64,000 bases of DNA from Gnetum montanum (taxonomy: Eukaryota; Plantae; Gnetophyta): contig MNCI01000291.1 of assembly GCA_015680685.1 (NCBI GenBank), positions 197,853 through 261,852 of the forward strand, read 5' to 3'. Shown here piece after piece: positions 36,729-51,341 of the stretch. Numbering within the stretch: the stretch's first letter is position 1; every line of letters starts with the position of its first letter. Both the position numbers and the translations under genes were made by a program. The notes beneath the pieces were generated by a model, which ran no database searches, was not told the DNA's origin, and worked only from the letters and a program-made list of their open reading frames with translations.

Positions 36729-39597
36729 ATGTCTTTCCAGTAGTTGACCAAGTTGCCATTCACATTCATTGATAATCGGTTTGACCAGCAAGCCATGAGG
36801 ATATATGATCCAAAGAATCCTATTATCATCAAATGTAGGTAGTCATTGAGACTAAGGGGAAAGAGTCCTGAATTCTTGGTCATAAATGAAGAGAATTCGT
36901 GTTCATAAATGAAGAGCACTACAACTTCATTTATGCCAAGATCTAGGTTGGCATGCTGATTTCATGAATGAAAGCATAAGCCAAAAGGGAATTTGAACTT
37001 ATACATCACAATGGTAAGGAATATGTTCCTTTTCCCTATGACCACATACCTCTCATCGACATCTATGCTAGCATCTTAGCCCACCTAACAGAGATGGATG
37101 AAGAGAACCAAAAGGCTACCTTGGATGGGTAGCTAGAGGAGGAGGCGGATGAGTTCAAGGTCAAATCTAAGCCCAAAAATGTCTTGGGTGCACTTTTCCA
37201 ATAATGCATCCCTAAGACAATAGGGCCTATCTCCACCTTCTTTATCTCTTCCATAGAGCATGTCCCACCACCTTCATTCCCATCTTACCCAACCATGTTT
37301 GGTTCCACACTGGTCATCAATGCGTACCAAGCACAATTGGTGCCATAGTCTATCACCTTCCATTTCTCCATGGCATTTTCCATCTAGCCATAGTCTGGCT
37401 AATCATCATCGATGGTGGTTACTACCACCAACCTATAAACCTCTCAGAAGGGGCTTGCCATGGGATCCCAAGTAACCCAAGGATCATGTACCCTCTTTAT
37501 TTCATTTGTGCCTCAAGCACCAGCACAAACCTCCTTTTCTCTATTTAGCTTGCTAATTGCCATTATAATGAAACCTCTCTCCTCTATCCCACAATTTATA
37601 GTAAGGCCACAAGCCTCTTAGCATGCACTGCAATCCTTCATTCAAACATTGGATCCCACAGGGGCACTGCAGGGCCTGGATTAGGTCTTATAGATGATCC
37701 AAGACCTGACAAAGTAGTTGAAGAGGCTCAAGGCCTGTACTTCTCAAAGCATTAAGACCATGAACTTTTACGAGGATAACCCCATTAATCTTGTGGTCCC
37801 ACCCTTGACACTTTCTCCTGGTGTTCCTATTCCCTAGTTTATGAAGTATAATGATGAGGGTGATCCCAATGCTCACCTTATAACATTTCATTTGGAGTAA
37901 TTGTTATTATAGGCCTATCCACACACTATTATGAGGATTTTCCTTATGTCCTTGGCTGGGAAAGTGCTTGACTAGTATCACATCCTACCTAGAGGATCTA
38001 TATCCTCTCTTGAGGACCTGATAGTCCAGTTTTTTAACTACTTCAAGTATAGATTGAAGCCCAATACCATGCTTGACTAGCTAATGAAGATCAAGTAGGG
38101 ACTCCTCAAACTAGTGCAGAGGTTCATCCAATGATGGAACGATTTTCTAAATGAGATACCAGAGCCTATAGTAGAAACCCACCCTTTAGCTATATTCAAG
38201 GGGATGGTTAATGATTTTATAAAATCTAAGTTATACTACCTTGACTCATGGTCTCTTAGTCAAGCATTCTCCTAGACAAAGAACATAGAGGATGTTGCAG
38301 AGGCTAGTCATGACCCTACATATGTAGCATATAAAATTTCACACACATGAAAGGACAAAGAGAGAGGTAAGCCAAATAACGTAGCCATAGCAACCATAAC
38401 CAAAGAGACCAAAATCACTAAATAGGGGCCAAAGGCCAACCCACCAAAAGTCCCTACTAACAACCAAGATAACCAACCATCAAACTCAAGGGCCACTACA
38501 TCGATTGCTTCTAGGCCAAACTTTGAGTGAAAGGATTGTAGCAAGTACACTAGCTTACCCTTGAAGCCATCCAAATTGTTAGATCAACTATTGAAGAGTA
38601 GGTACATACCATATAAGTAAATGATCGAAGCCACTCAAAAGAAGCATAAGTAATCATGCCATCCTACTCGAGCAATAAAGAATAACCCTCAACTACCAAT
38701 GTACTTTAAGCTAGACTACTTTTGCCACTATCACTAACTACTTGGTTATGACATGGACTTCTACCTCACACTAAAGGATGACCTATAGAAAATGATAGAT
38801 AAGGGAGAGTTTATCTTAGATGCCTCCAACCTAGTCTAAGCATAGAATCAATTGATGCAAGTGTATAAGGACCCATTGAACACTAATAAAAACCCCTATG
38901 TTATATTGGCATTCAACATCTATGACAATAGAAGGCATGTGAGGGAATCATTCATGATTTAGGTGCCTCCTCATAATGAAAGAATCTCTTCAACTACCAC
39001 TAGCTCAAGAACTCCTTTTGTTGTAAGAGTACCATTACAAATGGCTTCAAGGAAACCTTTTGTCAGTAGGGTACCCTAGGCCACTACAACCCAACCAGCC
39101 ATCACAACTGAGCAATGATTGCTAGTGGTGGCCAATGCCATAAATTCTTCCTTCCAACCAAAAAATGAAAATCAAAAGGCCTCAACTAAGTAGAGGAAGA
39201 AGCCTAAGTAGAAGCCTAATAACAATAATGACCAACAAGCCAAGTCATGGAAGGAAGTGGGCTTGTAGAAGCCCACTTCCAGATCCTTAGTGTCCATGAC
39301 TCCTACAACCTAGGCTACTTCTACAAGCAAATCATGAGAAAAACACAAAGGCCAAGAGAACAAGAAAGAGAAAAATCCATAGTCACCTAAGGCTAAAGTA
39401 TGCATGGAGGAAGTGAAGCACAACTAGTGTGACAAGCCCATGGCCAACGATAAGAACTTCCTAAGTGCAACAAAATAAGTTAATTAATCCCTCAAATAGA
39501 AAAACATAACCTTGAACTCATATGACTTGATCATGACTTTGGTTACACATCGGGAAGTGCTAATTAAAATGTTGACTTCTATTCCCATTAGTAATGG
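36729..39597 (+). pseudogene. gag of copy B, 5' part
   Basis: ATGTCTTTCCA start as in copy A. YNDEGDPNAHL...IFLMSLAGKVLD.Y gag core at ~37845-38050. Confidence 0.82.
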
Positions 39598-41104
39598 TGA
39601 CATACCACAAAAATTTGTATGTCATAGCCAATGTTCATCATATAGCTTTCACCCCATGAAACCCAAGGTAAAACTTCATCGTGAATGTGATGATTGTAAT
39701 CAACAGTGGGAAATTTCACATACTTTATACTTTTAAGGCTAAAAAATATGCCATAAGTGGTCAAAACCTCATTCCCCAAGTTAAAAAAATCACCTAATGT
39801 CTATATTTGGGCTTGGAGAGCCGGGGGGNGAGGGGGTATACATTTTTCTACACTAGAAACACTTATAGGGGGGTAGATCTCACCTACCCCTAGCATGGAG
39901 AGGTTGGGGGGTTTCTCCTCAACTTGGAAACTTTCCCTCCCAATGTGGAGACTACATGCTCAGCTTGGAAACCTTCCTGCCTCAATGTGAAAGTTTGCTT
40001 CTAGTGTGGAGACTCCATCCCCAGTGTGGAAACTACATGCCTCCAGTGTGGAAGCCACAAAAGCCAAAATTCATCACTTCATGCAGTTCAATGTTGACCA
40101 GCCACTTTAGCAAACATGGTGGAGAGCTTACCATGGAAGATTCATCTCTAACATAGAAGGTGTGCCTTGGTTACTATTTATAGTACATGAAATGGGCATG
40201 GAGGAAAGCACTTACTATGTATAGTAACCCTCTCCTTGCCCCCCCCAAAAAAAAAAATTGAGCACCCATATTACTTGAACAAGGAAGAAATTTTGTAGCA
40301 ATTTAGCAGCCAATTTGCTGCCATTTAAAGCCATTTTGTAGCCCCATTCATGGCTCAAAACCTATAACAACTAGCATCAAACACCATTTACAAGTTCAAC
40401 ACTTTTCATAGTTTAGCAATTTTCTCAATGTTCCATTTTTTTAGTACTTGAACACATTAAGCATACACACAAGCAATAATTCCACATTTGGGGCATTTTC
40501 AAGCATTCAAGAACTCTTGCAATCTCTCATGTTTTCATTTTCTTGAACCTAGTGTGGAAGCATTATTAGCTTGAGACTTATGGATATTTTGTTTCAACAC
40601 TACACTTTGGTGGTTTCCAAACCCTAGTGTGGAGCAATTTGGCATCCAAAGTTTCCACTTTTCTCACCCCTAGTAGTGACCAACATTGTAGATCTAAGAT
40701 TGTAGCAACAAAGGTTCAATATCATTTGAAGTGATAAGACATTTGGATTGTGAAGTTAACTACATCAAGACCTTGAACCCCCTACTACCCTTTCAGGCAT
40801 CATTTGTATACATTTCTCTAACTTATTCTTTATTTTGTCATAATAAAGTTTTAAGTTTTGAGTTTTGTGTCCAAGATATATTTGTTTATTTTTCTATGCA
40901 TTACTCAGATCTATTATTAGGTTTTGCATTCCATTTCATTACACTATTTCGCAAACCCTTAAAGTCCTTGGTTGATCTACCAGATTAGCCAGGGCACCTT
41001 GAATCCCATTTTCTCGGAGGTCCTATGGATTCATGGGTTGAGAAAATGCTATGCATTGAATCTCCTTTGATTTTTTTTAGCGATCAAATTTTCCAGTCAC
41101 AATA
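39598..41104 (+). repeat. 5' LTR of copy C
   Basis: TGACATACCA...TCACAATA, followed by a PBS. Confidence 0.88.
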
Positions 41105-41112
41105 GTTTTTCT

Positions 41113-41129
41113 TGGTGCTAGAAGAAGGA
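41113..41129 (+). promoter_or_regulatory. Primer-binding site (tRNA-Asn type), copy C
   Basis: tggtgctagaagaagga, 8 nt after the LTR end. Confidence 0.78.
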
Positions 41130-41229
41130 CCTCTACCCAATTTCTATGCCAAAATCTATTAACCATATTGCCAACATTGTCTTCTAGTAATAAATTTGCA
41201 TTTTTGCAGCTAAGACATTGAAAGATCAA

Positions 41230-42200
41230 TGTTTCCCCTTCCCCCCTGTGACCAAAATTGTAGCATGGAAGTTGTAGGTGGTTGGGTGGTGGCTTTTCAT
41301 AGCAACTACTATGAATTTTTTAGCACCAAAGCTAGCATTGAAACCTTTTCATATTTTTTCCTTTTGTTGCTAATTTTTCTAGTTTCCAAAGTGGGTGATG
41401 CACTGCTTTCAAAAATTATCAAACTTCCAAAAGTTAGCTTTCCCCCAGTTTTCCAAGCCAAGAAAATTGGCAACCTGCCAAAACCAAGTTCTTAGTAGGA
41501 AATACTAACTTTTCACTTTGATTTTTTCAACCTTTCCCCTTGTCAACATTGGATTAGAAGGGGTGAGATTCCCATTGTCTCACCCCCCTTCTTCCCCCTT
41601 GCCATACCCAATGTAGAAATAGTTGGGAAGCCTAGTGTGGGAGAGGTTTAACACCAACTTTTCCCAAAGAAAACATTGCAAATTGAAAGTGTTTTTCCAT
41701 ATTTTTATAGCTAGAACTCCTAAAATATCAATGATACCCCTTCCCCCTATGCTCAAAACAACATGGAAGTTGCAAGTGGTTGGGTGGTGGTTTTTCACAG
41801 TAGTTGCTGTGAATTTTTCAACCTCAAAGCTAACATTGAAACCTTTTCCCTTTTCCTTTTGCTACCAATTTCAATCTTTTTTAGCTTCTAAATTTCGTGG
41901 TACAACCCTTCTAGGAATTACCAAATTTCTATAAGTTACCTTTCCCCCATTTTCCCAAGCTGAGAAAATTGGCAGACTACCAAAACCAAGTTTTAATGGA
42001 AAAACCCAACTTTCCACTTTGATTTTTAGCCTTCTCCTCATCAATGTTGGAATAGAAGGGGTGAGATTTCCATTATCTCATCCCCTTTTTTCCCCCCTAC
42101 CATACTTTATGTAGAGGTAGTAGAGAGGCCAATGTGGGTAAGGCTTGTTACCAACATTCTCAACTTTCCATTTTTAGTAAAGGGGTAAACCCCCCTTACC
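41230..42200. repeat. ~500 bp tandem duplication in the 5'UTR of copy C
   Basis: catggaagttg(t/c)a(g/a)gtggttgggtggtgg, gaaaattggca, ccaaaaccaagt and agaaggggtgagatt each occur twice, ~480-500 bp apart. Confidence 0.8.
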
Positions 42201-42317
42201 CCCACTTACTAATTTTAGTAAGTAGTCTATTTTCAATTGTTTTTAGTTGAATTCCATTTGCTAGAATTTACTTCTATTTTACCATTTATAGCATTATTTT
42301 AAACCATTATCAACATC

Positions 42318-45238
42318 ATGGCCACGTCTTTCCAACAATCCACCAAATTTCCCCTCACCCTCCAACAAGACATGAGGGTCTATGACCCCAAAGACCCTAC
42401 CATCATTGAATGTAGGTAGCCTTTGAGAGTCAAAGGGAAAAGTCCCAACTTTACCCCCGTAAATGAAGATCATTATCACTACATTTGCACCAAAATGCAG
42501 GCTAACCTCATGATTCCACATGTGGAAGTAGAGGAAAAAAATGGAGTTTGACCTCATACATTAAGATGGAAAAGAGTATGTCCCATCCCCATATGACCAA
42601 ATGCCTCTAACTAATGTCTATGCTAGTATCCTAGCTTCATTGATCACGATGGAAGAGGAAGATGACAAGCATATCTCAAAAGAACAAGAAGAGGAGGATG
42701 AATTTAGGATGGAATCCAAGCTTGAAAACATCTTGGGAGAATTGTTCCAACAAACATCCCCTAAGGTCATAGTGCCTTCCTCTAACATTTTTATTTTCTC
42801 CATGGACATGGTGTTACCATCTTCCACTCCCTCCTATCCTACCATAGTTGGTCCCACACTAGTCATAGCCACACATCAAACTCAATCAACATCATAGCTA
42901 ACTACCTATAACACATCTATGCCATTTGCCACACAACCTCAATCTATGTAACCATCAACATTGGTTTTTACCATCACAAATCCATTAAATACCCATGTAG
43001 GGCCCACCATGGAACTCCAAGAAACTTAGGGATCACACACCACATTTATTCCATTTGTGCCTTAGGTACTAGCACAAACATCCTTTTCCTTGTTTGGCCC
43101 ACAAGCTACAACTATAACACAACCTCTTCCTTCAATCTTGCAACCCATAACGAGGCCACAAGTCTTACAACAAATACCATAGTTCTATGTACAAACCCCA
43201 TAACCAACAAGGACACCATAGGGCCTAGTTCAAGCCTTCTAAATTATCCAGGACCTAACAAAGGAGTTGAAGACACTTAAAGGCTCTACTTCATAAACTA
43301 TCAAGATTGTGGACTTCTACCAAGATCATCCCATCAATTCTATAGTCCCACCCTTGACACTTCCTCCTAGTATCTCTATTCCCCAATTTATAAAATATAA
43401 CAAGTGATCCTAATTCTCATCTTATAACCTTTAGTTATGAGTGCTTACTCTTGCAGTCATGGCCTCATACCATCATGAGGATTTTTCCTATGTCGTTAAC
43501 CAGGAAAGCACTTGATTGGTACCATGCATTACCTAGAGGATTCATATCCTCTTTGGAGGACTTGATAGCCTAATTTGTCAACTACTTCAAGTATAACTTG
43601 AAGCTTGACACAACACTTGATCAACTCATGAAGGTTAAGCATGAACCCCTTGATCTTGTACAAAAGTTCATCTAGTAATGGAATGGACTAAATGAAAAAC
43701 TAGAGCCCATTATCAAGGCCCCGCCCATATTTTAGCCATATCTAAGGGGGTAGTGAATGAATTTATTAAGTCAAAACTCTACTACCTTGATCTGTGGTCC
43801 CTTAGCCAAGCATTCTCATAAACTAGAAGTATAGAGGATGCTATAGAGGCCAATCATGATTTGACCTACATAGCATATAAAAATCAACACACATGAAGAG
43901 ACAACGAGAAAAACAACACAAAAAACAAAGAGAAAAACAAATAAAACAATACAATGGTAGTAATTGTGACCAAAGAAAAAAAGACCATGAATTAGGGATC
44001 AAGGATGAACCCACACAAGGCCCCCACTAATGACCACAATAATCAACCATCAACTTGTGGGGCTACTACATTGACAATAACCATACCTAAGTTCTGAAGA
44101 AAGGATAGGTCCAAATACACTACCTTACTTATGAAGCCATTCAAGTTACTAAACCAATAATTAAAGAGTGGGTGCATCAAACAAAAGCAACTAATTAAAG
44201 CTACTTGAAAGAAACATAAGTGGTTATGCAAAATAGCCAAGGACCCCACTCAGGCAATGAAGGATGATCCCCAACTTCCTAGGTACTTCAAACTAGACCA
44301 TTTCTACCATTATCACCAACTACTAGGTCATGACATAGACTTCTACCTCTCACTAAGGGATGACCTACATAGGATGATAGATAGGAGGGAGCTTGTTTTA
44401 GATGCTTCCAACCTAGTTCAACCACAACATCAATCGATGAAAATCTACAAGGACATGTTGAATGCTAATGATAACCCTTACATTATTTCAACATTTAACA
44501 TTGATGATGATTGGAGACTTGTAAGAGAACCATTTGTGATTCAAGTATCCCTTTGTGATGAAAGGTCTTCTTCAACTTTCCATAGCTCAAGATCCTCCTT
44601 CATCATAAGAGTATCATCATGAGTATCTCCAAGGGATCCTTTTGTCATTAGGGTGCCTCATACTAACACAACCCAAACATCCATAGCCCAAACAGTTGCA
44701 CAATGACCTCCTGTGATGGCTAATGCTACTACCTCTTCCTTACAACCAATGGCTAACAACCAAAAAACTTCAGCTAAACAAAGGAAAAAGCATAAGCAAA
44801 AGCCTAATAACAAGGGTGACAAGCAGATGGAAGCACAAAAGGAAGTGGGTCCATCGAAGCCCACTTCCATTGCATCTATACCCATGACCTCCTCTACCCA
44901 ACACGCTTCAACCAACAAGCCATAGGAGGACACCAAGGCATGTAACTAGAACAATAAGAAAAAGTTGCAAAAAACACAACCTAAAGTTGAAGTTCACATT
45001 TTGGGGCACATGGAGGAAGTAAAGCATAATGCAATGAATTACCTCATGGTTGGGGCAATCCAAAAGAAGGCAACAACCCAAGAAATCCAATGATGACAAC
45101 AATAAGCAACAAGATGCATTATGCAATGAATTGCCTTTTAGCATCATTAATGAAGGTGATGGCAAATACAAGCTTGTGCAGAACAAACCTTACTCATTCC
45201 CTAATCTTGCAAAGATTAGGAAGAATCTACACAAGTGA
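42318..45238 (+). pseudogene. gag of copy C; protease deleted
   Basis: Colinear with the copy A gag up to ~45030, then jumps to the post-protease tail (LWxEL...KIRKNLHK-stop). Confidence 0.8.
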
Positions 45239-48200
45239 AGTAACCTTTCTATCCCATGCCCTTATAACCAAGTAGCCATATAGCCTAACCTTTCTTTTTC
45301 AAATTCGTTATACTCTTTCATACATTTTTATTCTACCCTTTATGCATGTAGCCTAAGCTCATTTTCATTTTTACTTATTGATTACAACCTTTATTTACTT
45401 TTACTTGTATTATAAACATCAAAAGCACTATATATATACACACACACAACATGGCCCACTATGACCAATTACAGTCCACTAAGACTCTAAACTAGTGTTT
45501 TAGTCCACTAAGACTTTAAATTGGCAATGATAAACAAGCTTGCCATAGCCTTAAACTAGAAAAATTATGATTTTATAAGACCTTAAACTGGCATCATGGC
45601 TTGTCATGGCCATAAATTGGTAACACTATATAACCTATGCCTGTGATGGCCTAAAACTAGCAAATGTCCCTTTTATTATTATATCTTTCTTTACTTAGCC
45701 TATTATTGCATTGATTATTTATTTAATGTTATAATCAAAATGTTAACATAGCCATTCTCAACATTCAAAGCATTTACAACATTTACAACATTTACTACAA
45801 CTATAGATACATATAGCCAAAAATAAAACCAAAATTTAAATTTAAAGTTGAAATGTCCATAACATACATAAGCCATGGCTACACTGTGTGGCAAGAATGT
45901 CAAAGAATAGCAACCATATATAACATAGTCTTGGCTAATCATAACCATCAACATGAAAATAAAAACAAATAGCCAACAAAATAAATTGATGGAGGCTGTT
46001 GAGTGGCATCCAAAGGAGGAAGTGGTGGGTCATTCCCACCCTCACTACTAGGATCACCAATGTATCCTAAGGCATGAAATGCAACAACATATAGCTAGTT
46101 AGCAACCCATATCCAAAATCAAAACCAAAGGTCAAAAACTAAAACATAGAATATACCAAACCTATGGAGATTCTAGCTCCATTACTTTCAGGGGTAGATG
46201 GGAAAGGCCTTCCTCCAAATGATGGAGGATTTAGTCCTTCTTCATGTTAACCTAGTCAACATTCCCAAGATCAATGTTAGAGAGGATGTTGATCCTTTCT
46301 ATAGTTATACAAGTAGGTGGCTCCCTGGAAGCAGCATCCATAGAAGGCTCATGTACAGTAGTGGTAATCTAAAGACTAGGGAATTGCTCCACCATGAAAG
46401 TACTTTCAAAAAGCTAATAAGCACTCTCTACTTAGATCCCTTGGATGAATAGCTCTTTCTTCCACTATTCAACTAACTCCTCCTTAAGCCACTTAAGGTA
46501 GGCCCCACAATCTACCTTGTACTATTGCTAATGGACCTTTGGTTTCTTACCCCCCTCTAGGACCTAGGTATAGTGATCTTTCTAGTCCTCAACCTTCTAA
46601 TAGATGAGGTTCATCTACATACGTTGTTCCACCATCTCCCATAGGACAACTACTTTGTCCTAAATGACATGCTAGTAGTAGGCCCACATGATCTCCCTAG
46701 TCCATAACTCCCCCCAGTTAGTCACTTGGACCTCCACAAAGGCCTTTTAGTCTTAGAGATCTTTAATGATTTCCTATTATCCTTGAGTCTTTTTCCTTAA
46801 GGCCACAACTTCTTCCTATAGAAATTCATTGGACCTCTCTAGCTCTCATGAAGTTCTTGCACACGACATTGCTAGATTAGTAGTAGTATCATACAACTTC
46901 AAGGGTACAATAGATACATCAAACGAAAACTTAAGTAAGGAGTTAATCTCCATGTCTTTACTAGGGTCCCACTCCATAGAAGGTGCTACACAATCATAAA
47001 ATATAACCATAAGCATAATTTACAACCTAAGATGGCCATGACATAAGCATGAACTATAACATAGAGAAGCAACTAAGGCACATAAAATAAAGTCTTTACC
47101 TATCTTGGGTGCAACCTATTATAATCGATCAATGATGTCCTTAGCCATTCCATGCATAAAATCCACCTTGTTTGGAGTCTCCACCTATGGTTTCACACAA
47201 AACTTAAGGATGGGAGCTTGTAGTAGTGGCTCAAGAACTATTGTAAGCATAACAATCATCAAAAGGTTAGGATGAAAACCAAAGATAAACAATGAGATAA
47301 AATGAAAGCATTGAGGCATGGCCATACTTGGTCCTTCCTCCTTCTCTTCCTTCTTTGGGATGATGATGGGATATGTACCTGGTACCACCTCAGTGAACAA
47401 GGTGTCTAGATCATCTATACCTACATCAGCAAATTGTTCAACCTCAAGTTGCTTTAGGAGTGCCTCTTTTACATACCTTTGTTTTGCCTCTGCATTAGCT
47501 TGACATGCCATAGCTTGACACTTTTCTACAACCATAGCACATAGAAAACTAGTTAACACATGAAACCATCACATAGCCATAAAATTTAAAGCATAAACAT
47601 CAAACAACCAAACTTAAAACAAGCTTACCTATGACTACCTTCTATGATGATGTAAGCCTAGACGTGATCTTCTTTAAGGAAAGTTGGTTTAATGCTGGTG
47701 TTGCCTCCTCCATAGGCCTCTTGAGTTTCTCTCAAACTATACTTTCAACCTCCATGCATCATTTTTTGGCATTCAGGACACTAGAGAACATGATAGGCTC
47801 ATCATCATCAATGCTATCAAAGACTTGCATTACCTAACATCAAGATTCCTAGTAGTCATGGATAATGAATCATCCATTCCCTCTGGTGGATTCCAAGCTA
47901 CACCATTGGATAAATGTGCTTTGTCCAAGGCTTAGAAAGTTGGCTTAGGTCTTAGGAAACCCATCGTCCATTCCTTTAAACCACCAAAATCTTTGCAAAC
48001 CTCTTCAAATAACCTACAAAAAATTTCAAAGTACATATGGAATATTGTAGAGGTGTCAACATAGAGTAAGGATATCCTCTTGAATCCCAATAATTAAAGT
48101 AGTCACCCAGTCAAATCTAGTGCCCTCCATCAAGAATTTCTTAAAGATCCATCCCTGCATTATGATAATTACCTTCTTTTGTGATAGCCATTTGGGACAC

Positions 48201-50548
48201 GCATGAGACTTGAACAAAGGATATGATTCCTTTGCATTAGGATTTGTGAAGCTATCCATGGAAATTTTGGAGTGGCCCATGTTAGGACCAAGCCATTGCA
48301 AAACTTCATTGTGATGGCCAGTTTTCCTTACTATCCTAGTGAAAACCTTTTCCCTATTAGTGGGGACACCAAACAAGTCATGAAAGAGGCCTGCACCAAT
48401 GTCCATGTTCACCTTCACACCCTAGATGATGATGCTAAAACAACCAACCTTCTCATTAAAGGAGTCAATGACATGCAACACCTCCATAGTAGGGATCGAA
48501 GGAATAGGTGCCATAAATACATTAAGCAAACCTATATGTTGGATGTTTTCTTGAACATACCCAAGTGCTTGTTCCCTTAGCCAATCCTGTGTTGGTGTCA
48601 CCTCACCAAACTTTAGGATTAGGGTATCCTCATGACATGCTCTTGAAAGTGGAATGTTAACGTCAGTAGAGGTGGAGGGTCTTGCAAAGAAATAACTAAA
48701 GTTCAGAATCAACATAAGAAAGTTTAACAATAAGACAAAGCAACAAAACACTTAAAGTTATAGCTATGAAGCAATAGAAGGTATAACCTTTATATTTACC
48801 TTTCCTTTTCTTCTTTAGTATGGATGTCCTAGCTACAAGGGTCTAATCCATGGAGTTTTTGGAATCTATCCACTAGTTGTGCATTGTCCCATCATCCTTA
48901 CACTTCTTGTATACGAGATTGAACCTTGAGGTGTATGAATCAAAGTCCTCTCTTAACTGTTGATACAAAATTATTCTAATTTGAGGACTCTTGGTGAATT
49001 CATCCAAAGTAGCTTGTGCCACTTCCAAGATTTGATCGTTGATGATCAAGCCTTGATCTTTGAGTTTTTACCTACAAGAAGTTTGTAAAAGTAATGAAAT
49101 TAGGGAAGACAATTAAGTTAAAAGTAGAAAAACATTACAATAGCTATGCATACCCTTGTAAATGATACATGGCATTGGGTGGGTTTTGGAATAACATGTG
49201 GGCTCTATGTGCCACCATCAGAGTATTATCAAAATTATACTATCTATACTCTAGCATCATCTAAGTCTCTGTGAGGTAACATGGGCTAATGGTATTTGCT
49301 GAGCACTGCACTATCCTAGGAGGTGGCTTCTCAGAAATAAATTTGATAATCAGGCTAGATTACCAAGGCAACAGGGTCTCCATTATAACCCCCACGACAT
49401 TAGTAGACAAGTGTGACTACAACATTCCACTAAAGTTCTTTAAGATATAGGCAAGGGGTTTCCTTACCCTAGGTCGAAACCACAACGATAACTTTCCCAA
49501 AGGCATATTAGGGAGTGGGGTATTGGTCTTGGAATGATCAATATAGCACAAGATACCCACCAACTCCCCAGTGATGAGGATGGGTTTCAAGAAAACCCTG
49601 CATAAAGCAAAACAAAAACATTATGACCATCTGGCATTACTTGGAAAATTTAGAAAAACCATCTAGTCAGAGATGAAATTAGCCTTTGTAAAAAGCTCTA
49701 AAGTGTTTATCTAAATTAGCTTAAGAAATTCCATGAGAAAACATTATTACAACTTTACATAGCCTTACATTATAAAAATACTTGGCAAATTTAGAGAAAA
49801 CATCTAGTCGAAGGTGAAATTAGCCTTTGTAAAAAGCTCTAAGCTGTTTATCTAAGATAGCTTCATAAAAGCATTATTACCATCTTTTATAACCTTTTAC
49901 ATCATAACCAAGGTATTATAACCAAAACTAAGCGTTAGTCTAGATTTTGCATAAATTTAGAAAACAGCATCTAAATTATGCATAAATTTAGAAAAAGCAT
50001 GCATGAATTTAGAAAAAAGCATATAGGCATAGTAAATTTTTTTTGAAATACTAGTAAAGCCTTTATTTTCTTAAAAAAACATATTTAAAGAATAATTTTT
50101 ACATGAGTTTTACAAGAAAAGCTATACATATCAATTGCATCCATCCAAAGTTTTGCCTTATTCAGATAGTTCAACCCAAAATTTTATCAAAAAGTCATGA
50201 AAGTTCCAGTTTCAATTATTCCATATGGAAAGAACCCTAAACTCACAAGCTTTTCAGGAATAACCTTTACAACCAAAAATACATAGTCATTTTCACATAA
50301 AATATAGAAAAATCAATAGAATAACCATAGCCATCACCATGAATTCCTGTTTTACCCAAGCTTAGGAAACAAATTCACCAAAACTTTGTTTGAGCTCCAA
50401 AAAAGTGATTCCACCATTGTTTGAAAGCTTAAATCAACCCCTTCACACACATGATTAAATAAAATTTAAAACCTTTGACATTTATTCATAAAAAATTGCC
50501 AATTTGGATGAAATTTTGAAACTGGCATAAACCTCCTTTCAACATAGC

Positions 50549-51341
50549 TGATGAGTGGCGAGGTACCCCTACACTCCACCATACGAATACGAGCGTACAC
50601 GCATGATCCGGTCGAAGTCCGCAGACTAAATGCCTTAACGCCACAAGAAACACTTGGGGTTAATCGTTCGTTGTCTTCCCAGGCTTGCTTGTATGTGTCA
50701 CGGTGTATGGTTAAGCAAGTCTAAGGTATGTGATTTTTTTGGTATTTTCGGCTTATCTTCTATGCTACCAGGAGAAAGGGTTGAGAAAACTAAACTAACT
50801 CTAACTAAGATCTAAGTCTAAATTAACTAGCGTCAGCATCCGTTCCCACTTNNNNNNNNNNNNNNNNNNNNNNNNNNNNNNNNNNNNNNNNNNNNNNNNN
50901 NNNNNNNNNNNNNNNNNNNNNNNNNNNNNNNNNNNNNNNNNNNNNNNNNNNNNNNNNNNNNNNNNNNNNNNNNNNNNNNNNNNNNNNNNNNNNNNNNNNN
51001 NNNNNNNNNNNNNNNNNNNNNNNNNNNNNNNNNNNNNNNNNNNNNNNNNNNNNNNNNNNNNNNNNNNNNNNNNNNNNNNNNNNNNNNNNNNNNNNNNNNN
51101 NNNNNNNNNNNNNNNNNNNNNNNNNNNNNNNNNNNNNNNNNNNNNNNNNNNNNNNNNNNNNNNNNNNNNNNNNNNNNNNNNNNNNNNNNNNNNNNNNNNN
51201 NNNNNNNNNNNNNNNNNNNNNNNNNNNNNNNNNNNNNNNNNNNNNNNNNNNNNNNNNNNNNNNNNNGGGACGCGATATCGCGTACGCGATATCGCAGGAG
51301 AAGACGCGATATCACAGCCTAGTGTAAATCGCGTCTCATCA
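50549..51341 (-). mobile_element. Young Athila-like LTR (solo LTR or collapsed element) in intron 1 of the copy C antisense gene
   Basis: TGATGAG...CTCATCA termini with a perfect TSD ATAGC. Near-identical to 31043-32109. The middle is an N gap. Confidence 0.88.
50852..51266. other. Assembly gap
   Basis: Run of N. Confidence 1.

Noticed and set aside
50548-50655. Hammerhead ribozyme / retrozyme (CTGATGA-GTGGCG...CGCCAC-AA-GAAAC)
   Set aside because: The leading C belongs to the TSD and is absent in the other copies. TGATGAG is simply the LTR terminus. Two extra A's precede GAAA, and the pairing is not kept in the 18802 copy.
50833-51315. 160-aa ORF
   Set aside because: Artefact of translating the N gap.
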